This document shows, piece by piece, positions 34,741 through 46,145 of a stretch of DNA of 64,000 nt. This DNA is from Octopus sinensis (taxonomy: Eukaryota), in NCBI RefSeq assembly GCF_006345805.1, contig NC_043016.1, positions 25,234,001 to 25,298,000 on the forward strand, written 5' to 3'. The notes beneath the pieces are model-generated. The model searched no databases. It was given only the letters and a program-made list of their open reading frames with translations, and was not told where the DNA came from. Within the stretch, counting starts at the first letter, position 1. Every line of letters starts with the position of its first letter. The position numbers and the translations under genes are program-made.

Positions 34741-34815
34741 AGGAGGTATATAATAATGCTACCGGATAGCATTGAGTAATTTTGAGGGTGGACAAGCTTT
34801 ATACTATATATATAC

Positions 34816-34849
<34 letters not shown>

Positions 34850-34896
34850 GAGGCATAGGCATAGCTGTGTGGTAAGAAGTTTGCTTGTGTGGGAAG

Positions 34897-35370
34897 GCAG
34901 CGAGCTGGCAGAAATGTTAGCGCGCTGGGTAAAATGCTTAGTGGTATTTCGTATGCGGCGAGCTGGCAGAAACGTTAGCACACCGGGCGAAATGCTTAGC
35001 GGTATTTCGTCTGCCGTTACGTTGTGAGTTCAAATTCCGCCGAGGTCGACTTTGCCTTTCATCCTTTCGGGGTCGACAAATTAAGTACCAGTTACGCACT
35101 GGGGTCAATGTAATCGACTTAATACCTATGTCTGTCCTTGTTTGTCCCCTCTGTGTTTAGCCCCTTGTGGGTAATAAAGAAATAGGTATTTCGTATGCCG
35201 TTATGTTCTGAGTTCAAATTCTGCTGAGGTCGACTTTGCCTTTCATCCTTGCGGGGTCGATAAATAAAGTACCACTTATGCACTGGGGTTGATGTAATCA
35301 ACTTAATCCCTTTAACTGTCCTTGTCTGTCCCTTCTCTGTTTAGTCCCTTATTGGCAATAAAGAAATAAA
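34897..35370 (+). mobile_element. Tandem SINE family B copies (duplicated head, full copy, truncated second copy)
   Basis: GCGAGCTGGCAGAAA head occurs twice; core GACTTTGCCTTTCATCCTTTCGGGGTCGACAAATTAAGTACCAG resembles the Nin/Deu domain; two AATAAAGAAATA tails. Confidence 0.88.
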
Positions 35371-35699
35371 AAGTTTGCTTTTCAACCATATGGTTCTGGG
35401 TTCAGTCCCATTGTATGGTACCTTGGGCAAGTGTCTTCAACTATAACCTTAGGCCAACCAAGGCATTGTGAGTGGATTTAGGAGACAGAAACTGAAAGAA
35501 GCCTGTCAGAGCACTGTCTGGTTTTTCTGGCGAACTATACTACCAAAATTCATGAAACTCACCTCTAGATAGGAAATGGAATAGAAGAAGGCATTGCAAT
35601 ATTCAAATTTATTGAAATCCAAAAATAAATTAGTTAATAATTCAAAAAACCATAAAGAGCCAGAAACACCCTGTTCAAAAACGATAACGCTAGGTTAAA

Positions 35700-36760
35700 T
35701 AATGTTGCAAAAATGATGCAAAACAGGGAAATTATGATATATTTCAATAATATTCTCCACCTTTCTGAATTACTTCAAAAACACACGATTTCATGCTTCC
35801 AATCAACAACTTCTGAAGCAGATCAAGTGGAAGCTCTTCTCAGGCCTTCTTTATTGCTGTTTCAAGTTCATCAAGAGATGAATAGTGCTTGCCTTCATTG
35901 TACACAACATTCGTGAGATATCACCAGACACTCTCTATTGGATTAAGGTCAGAACTTCTTGGTGGCCATAGAATAACTTCAACACCAATTGCATGGAGGA
36001 AATCCAAAGTTGCCTTTGCTTTATGAATAAAAGCATTATTCTGTTGAAATATAAAGTCCTCTCCATGGAGCCTTTTTCTTTCTTTGTCAATGTGAGCTCC
36101 ATTCAACATATCATTGTATTGTATAGCACTGAAATGACCATCCATGATGACAAGTGACAGCTTCTCATTTCCACACCATAACAATCCTACACTGTTCTGC
36201 CACTTGGAATAAGTAGAATTTTGTAAACATTTATCTATCCACTGATATTTATAACCGTTGGGACCATCCAAGTTCCATTTTTCTTCATCAGAGAACAGAA
36301 CCCTGGTCCATTCACCATCCTAAGTCTGATGCTGCTGACATCTAACAGCTTTGTAGGAAGGGGACAATAACAGGTGCCCTAGCTGGTTCTTCAAGTGGAT
36401 ACCATGGTTCAAAATCACTCTTCTTACAGTGAATGTTGAGGCTCCTACCTCCTGCTGATGCCTTGATTTTGGAAACAGAAGAGCAGCATGACTTCTTCAC
36501 AGCTCTGACAATGGCCTTTTCGTCCCTTTCTGATGTAAGCCTTGGAATGTCCACCAGCATGAATCATGTTGTAGCCATCAGAATCTTTCAGAAAATTGTC
36601 CACTGCCATTCTGCTTCACCAAATCTTCTTGACAATCTTCTGGTTACTTATTTTTTCCACTTTCAATGCAAAAATCTTCCCTTGTTTAGTTTCAAAAAGC
36701 TTTGTAACTTTAGGTATACTGAAAATGTAATCTGAGTCATAGTAAATATGATTCAGTCAA
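35700..36760 (-). mobile_element. Tc1-family (DD34E) transposase remnant
   Basis: FIFQQNN..WPPRSSDLNPIESVW with 34 residues between the mutated second D and the E; N-terminal PRLTSERDEKAIVRAVKK. Confidence 0.88.
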
Positions 36761-37024
36761 ATATTTTTCAAAACAATCTGGAAAGAAATGAAAAGAAATT
36801 AGTGGATTTATAGTTTTGAAGTGTTGATATTTTTGGGAAAACAGGAAAATCAGGTATTGTAATGTGATAATAAAGATATCTCTATTGTACATGTGATAAT
36901 AAAGATACATTTCAAAGTATTCATTAAATATCTATTTGTAATATATTATGTCCCTTAGTATACTTAAATACAGAGCTAAATTTCTAAATAACTTAAAAAA
37001 ACATGGCTTTATAGTTTTTAATCG

Positions 37025-37050
<26 letters not shown>

Positions 37051-37060
<10 letters not shown>

Positions 37061-37236
37061 TTAGAGATAAAACCACTATTAGGCAATTCAAACAGTGAAA
37101 AACATAAACCAAAACATAGAAATAAGATTAATTAATACAAAATATAAAAAAATATATAAAATTCAAAATTTAAATTAAAATTAAAATTAATTTTTTTTAA
37201 ATTATCAATTTATATATATTTATATATATATATATT

Positions 37237-37268
<32 letters not shown>

Positions 37269-37524
37269 TATACATATATATATTTTATTATTTTTATTTT
37301 ATTTATTTTTTTAAATATATTTATTTATTTATTATTTTTATTTTTTTATTTTTTAAAAATATATATAACTATCAAAAAGTATTAAAAAATTTAATATAAG
37401 ATATTATCTTATATTAAACGTTTTAATACTTTTTAATAGTTATATATATTTTAAAAAAAATAAATATAAAAAAAATAAAAATATAAAATAATAATAAAAA
37501 TAAAAATAATAAATAATATATAGA

Positions 37525-37561
<37 letters not shown>

Positions 37562-37836
37562 TTATAAGTATAAATTAATAATTAGAATTTTTTTTTAAAT
37601 CTTAATTTTAATTTAAATAATTTAAATTTTAAATTTTATATTTTATATATTTTTAAAAATATATTTTGTATATTATATTAATTAATTTTATTTCTATGTT
37701 TTGGTTTATGTTTTTCACTGTTTGATTTGCCTAATAGTGGTTTTATCTCTAATTTAATATATATATTTATACTGTAAAATTAGATTTAATCCTAAATCTA
37801 ATTTTTCCCTGTAAGTTTGGATTTACTCCCTAATAT

Positions 37837-37838
<2 letters not shown>
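37051..37838. mobile_element. AT-rich fold-back element sharing termini with 14041-14447
   Basis: AATTAGAGATAAAACCACTATTAGGCAATTCAAACA at the left, inverted at about 37720-37762; symmetry centre near 37400; similar one-sided extension. Confidence 0.75.
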
Positions 37839-37884
<46 letters not shown>

Positions 37885-37907
<23 letters not shown>

Positions 37908-38118
37908 ATTTTTGTGTCTGTATTTGTCCCCCCCCCACTGCTTGATAACTGATGCCAGTGTGCTTATATCCTTGTAACTTAGTGGTTGAGCAAAAGTTAC
38001 TGATAAAATAAATATCAGGCTTTAAAAAAAGTAAAAAGTCCTGGGGTCGATTTGTTCGACTAAAACCCTTCAAGCTGGTGCCCCAGCATGGCCACAGTTA
38101 AATGGCTGAAACAAGTAC
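37885..38118 (+). mobile_element. SINE family A, 3' half
   Basis: TTTGTCCCCCC...CCCCAGCATGGCCACAGTTAAATGGCTGAAACAAGTA. Confidence 0.75.
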
Positions 38119-38717
38119 ACACATACATGCATACATACATACGTGCGTACATGCATGTATGCATGTGTGCCTGTGTACGTGCATGCATGCATGTCATCAT
38201 TTAACATCTTTCGTGCTGACATGAGTTGAATGGTTTAATAGGATGTGATAAGTCAGAGGACTGCATCATGCTTCTGTGTTTGCTTTGGCATGGTTTCTAT
38301 GGCCAGATGCCTGTCCTAACAACAACCACTTTACAGAGTGAACTGGATCCCATTTTTTCATGGCACCAGCACTAGTGACTTCATCATTTCATCATAAATC
38401 TCAGGACCAGTGGTTCCCAAACTGTGTGCTGCAAGATGTAATTAGGTATGCCTCGAAAAAGTAAGATTATATTTCAAAATATGAAAAATTCAAACTGAAA
38501 TTCACTAGGTAGTTCATATATAAATGTGAAGGTGGCAAAAAAGCAAACTAAGTACTATGTTTGAAACTAAGAACAAGAGATGGTTGTATCATACAATTCA
38601 TTTTGTCTAATTATGGTATGACAATGTTGAATCTGAAATTTCATAAGGATAAGAACTAAATTAGCAACAATCTATTCTCAGAATTGACGTCTTATGGACA
38701 TATTCAGTGCACGACTA

Positions 38718-39080
38718 TCATCATCATCATCATCGTTTAACGTCCATTCTCCATGCTAGCACGGGTTGGACGGTTCGACCGGGGATCTGGGAAGCCAGAA
38801 GGCTGCACCAGGCTCCAGTCTTATCTGGCAATGTTTCTACAGCTTGATGCCCTTCCTAACGCCAACCACTCCGTGAGTGTAGTGGGTGCTTTTTACTTGC
38901 CACCCGCACAGGTGCCAGACGAGGCTGGCAACGGCCATGGTCGGATTGGTGCAATTTACGTGCCACCGGCACGGAAGCCAGTCGAGGCGGCGCTAGCATC
39001 GGCCACGATTCGGATAGTGCATTTTACGTACCACCAGTCCAGGGGTCCTGGCATCTGCCGGGTGCCAGTCATAGGATTGG
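38718..39080 (-). mobile_element. Short RTE 3'-end copy with VNTR units
   Basis: (CAT)n-CGTTTAACGTCCATTCTCCATGCTAGC. Confidence 0.88.
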
Positions 39081-39649
39081 TTCAATTTCGATTATGTTTC
39101 TGTTTATTTTAGCCGTATCCTCAGCAGTTTTCACTTCAATAATAAATGTGAAAAATAAACTATTGAACGAAAATATATGAAGTTAAACTAAATCTTTTAA
39201 TATGACCTCACGTATTGCAGCTGTATTTCAATTTGTTTTCATTCATATAGTGGCGAGAATTTACATCTTTTCAATTAATTTTGAAAAAGAGTCCGATATG
39301 ATACGCTGCCACTTTTCACAGCTTACTGGTAACTTATCTCAGTCTCAGTTTGACTCTGTTAGTAATCTGTACTATTTGTGTGAGATAATCCATATTAACA
39401 AACTAAATTACCCATAAAATGGAAAAGTTTATGAACAGGAAACATAACCGTGATGATTATGAATTTGAAAGTGAATGTTCGTCAAAAGCAACTAAGCATA
39501 GTGATAATAATGTGAAAGCTCGACCTAATCATAAATATTGCAATAACTATTTAAAATTGGGGTTTCATTGGACTGGCAACAAGGATCAACCTCTTCTGCT
39601 CTGTGTTGTTTAGGTGAAAAGACATGTTACCCAGCAAGTTGAAATTTCA

Positions 39650-40306
39650 TTGGCAAGACTTCCTTTTGTACCCCACCAAAAACCCACCTTTTATTATTTA
39701 ATTTTTTTTTCTACACAAACCCCCATTTTTGGCTATGGGGAATACAAATCTGCAAAAAATTGTCAAAAATTCTTCATTTTTAACTTTCTCAGAATTTTTT
39801 TTTCAAAATATACGGAAAAATTCAGCGATTACGATTCTGAAAAAAGTTTCCAAAAATTTTTGTAAAATTCTTTTTTCACAAATTTTTTTCTCAAAATATG
39901 TGGTAAAAATACGGAGATTATGATTCTGAAAAACATTTCCAAAAATTTTTCTTCTTAGGGTTAGGGTTTTAGGGTTAAGGTTAGGATTTTAGGGTTAGGG
40001 TTAGGGTTTTAGGGTTAGGGTTAGAGTTTTAGGGTTAGGGTTAGGGTTTTAAGGTTAGAGTTAGGGTTAGGGTTAGAGTTACGGTTAGGGTTAGGGTTAT
40101 GGTTTTAGGGTTAGGATTAGGGCTAGGGTTATGGAAAAAAGTGAAAAATGAAGAAATGGTGGAGGGGCAAAAATGTCAAAATTTCGATTTTTGGCAATTT
40201 TCCGGAATCTCTCTATCCAAAAATGTGGGTTTTTGGCAAAAAATAAATAAATAAAAACAATAATTTGCGAGGAAATGAGTGGGGGGATGGAAGGAAGTCT
40301 TTCCAA
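39650..40306. mobile_element. MITE-like insertion carrying telomeric repeats
   Basis: TIRs TTGGCAAGACTTCCTT (39650-39665) and AAGGAAGTCTTTCCAA (40291-40306), 15/16 match; splits the hAT reading frame. Confidence 0.65.
39955..40134 (+). repeat. Interstitial telomeric-type (TTAGGG)n array
   Basis: About 180 bp of TTAGGG variants with a recurring TTTTAGGG unit. Confidence 0.95.
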
Positions 40307-41009
40307 AACATTTTACAACTAAAGACTCACATCTTCAAAGTAAAGATCTGAGAGAGAGAGGGAACAGTGGATGGGTGCATATCTATATATACACAGAGTA
40401 TTCAGGCTAAATTTGACTATATTTTATGTCTATTTCTTTTTTGTCAGGAACTGCTTGATGTATTGGCAAACAGTCAATGGCACTGGAGAATATAAAGATT
40501 AAGGTTGTAGTTGAGAAAAAGTTAGCTGACATTGAGGACTGAAGCCATCTGAATATTGATAAAAAGTTACCTGTATCCTGATGATTCATGCCAGGTATCA
40601 AAATGCCAATATCAGGACTGCTGCTCAATGCTCAGTGAACATAGTGAATGCTATAAGACATGACAGGGACAGCTGCAACAGAAACTTCAAAGCCATGACC
40701 AGCAGGAAGGGATGACTGCAGCTGAACATTGAAACTCATCTCCACATATTTGAACAGGGCCTGAAGCTCTGTTCAGATGACTATGTGCTGGAGAGGATTG
40801 CTACTGGAAAATTACATGTGTGTAGCAGCAGGATTTGACCCTTGCCATACCTCCAGAAAGAGTTAGAAGTGGTTGTCAAGAGGCACCACCACCACTACCA
40901 CTTGTGTCTTCTACTATAGCTCTGGGCTGACCTATGCTTTGTAAGTAAACATAATAGATGTAAATTGTGTGATAGCCCATTATATATAAATATATATGTA
41001 CACATATAT

Positions 41010-41290
41010 ATCATCATCATTTAATGTCTTGTCCATGCTGGCATGGGCTGGACGGTTTGACCAGAACTGGCAAGCAGGGGAACTGCACCAGGTTCCCGTC
41101 TATTTTTGGCTTGGTTTCTATGGTTGGATGCCCTTCCTAATGCCTATCACTTTACAGAGAGTGCTGAGTGCTTTTTATGTGACACTAGTATGGATACTTT
41201 TACATGGCACTGGCAAAAGTTCTATTATGTGGTGCTGGCACAGATGCTTTTTATGTGGCACCGGCACAGGGGTTTTGCAGGCCAATCCTC
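41010..41290 (-). mobile_element. Short RTE 3'-end copy (diverged)
   Basis: (CAT)n-TTAATGTCTTGTCCATGCTGGCATGGG. Confidence 0.75.
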
Positions 41291-42717
41291 TTCAGCAGTT
41301 GGGGTGAGGGCAGCTTTAAAACTTCTGCTGTGGAGGACAGGTCTTCTTGAGGATGGTAAGGTGCCAGATATCAAGGTATGTATGTATATATGTACTGGCA
41401 TGCAGGATGAAACAGTGCCGGCGGCGGCGGCAGAGTGTAAAGTAGCGGCCAGAAGGCAGCAGAGAAGTATGCTGAAAGAGAGGAGGGGATTCTCTGGCTT
41501 TGGGTTAAAGAAAATACAGGAAGATTGGTTAATTATGATTTTATTCGATATATTCTCCTCTCAGTTTTGTACACTTATTGCAGCGGTCCTCCAGTTTTCC
41601 TAAGCTCTGTAAGAGATCTCAGAAGGTTAGGCTGCCAACCAGGTCTTTTGCAATACCCTTAAAGCCAGGAACTTTTCAGTACCTCCTTGTACATATGATG
41701 TGCTTCATCTAGCAAATTCATTCATAAAGCATTGGTCAACCTAAGGTGCTGTACAGTGTGACTGAACCTGAATGCACATGGATGCAAAGCAAGCTTCTTA
41801 ATCACACAGCATTCCTGAGTACAAAGTATCTTAGGACTTTATATTCTTGCCTGCAAACTGTATGTTTGCATTGAGAGTAATCAATTGGATTATTTGGACA
41901 TGTGCTTAAGAAATTCTTGACTCTTACTGTTTATGCTAGTGACAGGAGGCAGAATTTTACTTCAAAATGTACAGGGTCTAAACAGGTACTACAAAGAATC
42001 CTAACTGAGCTATTTAGAGTTCTGTCAATCAACAATCTAGACTGGCATTGGTTCTTTATTTATCTACTTCAAAAGGATAAAAGGCAAAGTAGACTTAGAT
42101 GAAACCTGAACTCAAAGTGCATTGAACTGGAACAGATACAGCAAATAATTTTATCCAACATTCTATAATTCTGCTAATTTGACACAAATATATGTCACTT
42201 TTCATCCCCCCATATACGATTTGTGTTTCATCCCTCCAGAGTGAATAGAATTAGTACCACTGAAATACTGGGGTTAATTCGTTTGAATTATATGCTTCCA
42301 CACCAAAGTTTGCTCCTTTGAACCTGTGTTAGAATTATTGGTGTCTTTAAGTTGGTAGTCTTTCTCGTTAATCATTTCAACTTTCTATAGATGTTGCACC
42401 TTCTTCCTTTCACTGGTTAAAGCTTTAAGCTGTGCTTCTACACAGTGATGTTAAATGCATTTGTGAAGGCAGTGAGCTAGCAGAATCATTAGCATGCTGG
42501 GCAATATACTTAGCGGTATTTTGTCTGTCTTTACATTCTGACTTCAAATTTCACTGAAGTCAACCTTGCCTTTTATCAAGACAAGGTTGACTTCAGTGAA
42601 TTTAATCAATAATTTGGGATTGATTAAATAAGTACCAGTTGAATGCTCCTTTCTCTGAAATTGACTTATCCCTTCTCTGAAATTGCTGACAGTGAGCCAA
42701 AATTTTAAATCAATATA

Positions 42718-43095
42718 TGCAATTGGCTGTGTGGTAAGTAGCTTGCTTACCAACCATATGGTTCTGGGTTTAGTTCCACTGCGTGGCACCTTGGGCAAGT
42801 GTCTTCTAGTATAGCCTCGGGCCAACCAAAGCCTTGTGAGTGGATTTGTAGACGGAAACTAAAAGAAGCCCATCGTATATATGAATATGTATATATATGT
42901 ATGTGTGTTTTTGTTTGTCCCCCCAACATTGCTTGACAACCAATGCTGTTGTGTTTACCTCCTCATAACTTAGTAGTTCAGCAATAGAGATCAATAGAAT
43001 AAGTACTAGGCTTACAAAGAATAAGTTGTGGGGTCGATTTGCTCAACTAAAGGGGTGCTCCAGCATGGCCAGTCAAATGACTGAAACAAGTAAAA
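42718..43095 (+). mobile_element. SINE family A
   Basis: TGGCTGTGTGGTAAGTAGCTTGC head through ATGACTGAAACAAGTAAAA. Confidence 0.88.
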
Positions 43096-46079
43096 AATAC
43101 CCTGCAGGTTTTCTTACAGCTCTTTACGTTTTGAGTTCAAATCATGCTGAACAAAATTTTGCCTTTTGTCCCCCAAAGACTGATAAAGTAAAGTACCAAG
43201 CAAGTACTGCCCTTACACCTAAATTGGAAATCATAAAGTAGTGATCTGGCAGAATCATCAGAACATCAGAAAAAAATGCTTCGCAGTATTTGTTCCAAGT
43301 TCACCTACCATCCTGAAATTAAAGTATCAGTGAAGAAACTGGGATGGTGGCATCAACCAAACTTCTCCCTTCAAACCTCCTGGCATTGTATCAGAAACCA
43401 CTCTATGTATTTGTGAAGGTCAGCAGTATTCTCTGCACTCAGTGATTTCTTTTTGTTTTTTGTCTTGAATTACCAAATAAAAAATATGGGGAGGGAAGTA
43501 GGAAAAGTTAGACACTTAAAATCTATTTGAATTACATAAAAAATTTTTGTTTGACAGATTTAAAATATTTATTTATAAATACATACATTTTGGACTATAA
43601 ACGAGGTGTCAAATCCAAAGTTATATGTCAATAAAGTTTTAGGAAATGGAAGTGTTCACGTTCAGAGCGTTCTATTTTTCATGGAGTGTCATTGAGTGCT
43701 GAATTAGACAATACAATTCTGGTTAGACTCTCTGTAGTAAATAGCAAAATATATCCTTGTGATTATAATTTTGGTTATATATTTGATTGGCGATCCAAAG
43801 ATGGTTGCTAATCACCTAGGTGGGGATAGCAATAATAAGTATACTTGTGTATCTGCATCCAGTATCTTGTTAATCCTTATGAAAAAATTCTGTCACCATA
43901 AAGAAAGGTTGATTCTTTTGTTATAAGGAAATGGAAGCATTAAGTTTTGTACATTCCAGTCTCTTAGTAACCTCCAAGATCTTTAAAAATTCTAAAGAAA
44001 AACTAATGCAACAGTTTTTAAATCTTAGAATTTCAAGAAAAACTTCATGAAACTATAAAGAAGTCAAACATTAGAATGAATTTTATGCAACGAGGAAGTG
44101 TTTCAAGACTGAAAGCTAGCATATAATTGTTATTTGAAACATAAGACACAAATCACTGACCAGTGCTACCCAGAGCTTGCTTTAAGTATTGATTACTTGG
44201 GCATTTGGCTAGGTGTCATGATTTGTGTTTGAGATTTCTGAAATAAAAAGACAAAATGAAAATAAAACAAATACTTTAGTCTGGTATTTACATGTTCAAC
44301 TGCTAATGAAAATGAAAAAAAAAAAAAATTTAAGAGTACCAAAATTCATATTGCCAGGAGTACCAGCACCATTAGGGTAGGTTCTGTAACTACCCTATAA
44401 GTTATATTTGGAACTTCCTTCTTTGCCAAAAATTTTTCAAAGAATTTTGATTGAAAGGAAGTTATGAATGATGATATTCCTAAGAGACAATAAAATTTTT
44501 TGAGAAATTTCCATTCTATCATTCAGTCCTTTCTTAGGAATGACATCTTACTTAATAGAGTCTTGGTGGTGAAATAGCTGAATGGATAAAATATTTAATT
44601 AACGACTTAACAATGTGTATGTTTACTGCTCCAAGTTGTTGAGGATACTTAATGGTTTAATGCTTCAATTTTACTATTTTAGACTAATGTCCAACAAATG
44701 GGAAAGTTTTTTATGAAATCTATTTTAAGTTACAGATTCCATAACAGTAACCATTTATCATTTGAAGATATAATTTCATCATTTGCTACACACAAACAAA
44801 TAGAATTAGAAGTTGTGCAAAAGCAAACATGTCTTTTGCATTAGATATGCAGGAAGTGAGGTCTAGGCCTCACTACAGATATAATGACACCGGCTAATTA
44901 GGTTGGTAATTGACCTAACAACAACGTGGACCTCTGTATAGTTGCTTGACCAACTAGAAATAGCCACCAAATCCCCCTTTGAATACACATGGCATTCTTG
45001 AAAAGAAAAGGAGGCACATTGGGTAATGTACTTCAAGATATGCAATGTCCATGGGGACAGTATAGTCATAGTTAGGTACACCCTTGATCATAGGTTTGCC
45101 TGATCAGTCATGGCTGATTTGGAGCTAAATATATATCTAAATTTTTAAAATGAGTTATTGCAATAATAATTAAAATTTTCCAGATGATTACTCTATTTTC
45201 TTTCATGTTTTACACCAATAATCAACATAACAGATAGAAGCTGATATTAAATGTCTACACTTTTATTACTACTATAATTGTCTACAAAATTTATGGCTTT
45301 GTGCCAAGGAAACCATTATTATCGTTAATGCATGGAAAATGTGGAACATGTAAATTCATGGTATCCATTCTATTTATAATATATGATTAGTTTTTTAATG
45401 CTTTTGTTCAGAAAGAAGTTCAGCTTTATATGTATGTATGTGTGTGTGTGTATGTGTGCGTTGTATATATGTCTGTGTGTATGTATATATATAATTTTAT
45501 TAGCACTTCATTGCAGATATCTTTACACTTATGACAGTTAATCCATAATCATAATTAATTCACCCATAAATTGATTACAAGATGTGAATTAATGGCTAAC
45601 TCATTTTTCTTGTTTGTTTATTGGGGGGGGGGGTGGCATGTCTAAAATGCAGCCCACCCACTTTGATAGCAACAGCACTGAATTTTACAGATGGGAAATC
45701 TTTCATATAAAGAAGAAAGGAAAAGAAAAAAACAAAACATGCACAGCAAAATCAACAATTGATATTTTATTTTATATATATATATAATTTTATATGTAAA
45801 TCTGTTATTTTTGTTTCAATAAATTTATTATCAAGTATGGAATCGAAGAATTGTAAATCCAACATCGAAAATGGTAATTTCGCAAATAATTCTTCGGAAA
45901 ACACCAGAAAATCCCCATCCAGTATGAAAACCGCAACTATCATCAGTGTCTTTATTTTCCATGTAACAAACATAAATAGAGAGGGGGAAAACGAAATTGC
46001 TGAAGTCTAAGAGAGAATAAGTAGAATGCAACACGAATCGAAGTGAAAGACGAAAAGAATATCGCGGAGAGGAGACACT

Positions 46080-46145
46080 GTAAAGGCGGGGACTTCTAGC
46101 TTTGCAGCTGACTTCCTGTTACATAGCATTATGACCGGAAGTAAC
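46080..46145. promoter_or_regulatory. Probable housekeeping-type promoter (GC box plus opposed ETS motifs)
   Basis: GGCGGGGA 46085-46092, ACTTCCTG 46111-46118 and CCGGAAGT 46135-46142 in a locally CpG-rich, repeat-free stretch. Confidence 0.5.

Larger units (their letters stand above)
38409..40350 (+). mobile_element. hAT (Buster/Charlie type) 5' remnant, interrupted by two insertions
   Basis: TIR-like CAGTGGTTCCCAAAC; N-terminus MEKFMNRK..KYCNNYLKLGFHWTGNKDQPLLLCVV (39419-39613), MLPSKLK (39624-39644), resuming after the MITE as HFTTKDSHLQSKD (about 40308-40346). Confidence 0.78.

Noticed and set aside
39955-40134. True telomere or chromosome-fusion scar
   Set aside because: Short, degenerate, single orientation, and enclosed by TIRs inside a hAT remnant.
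45767-45973. 68-aa ORF with a signal-peptide-like start next to the putative promoter
   Set aside because: No good splice donor, it ends in a TA microsatellite, and no homolog is recognised; not supportable as a CDS.
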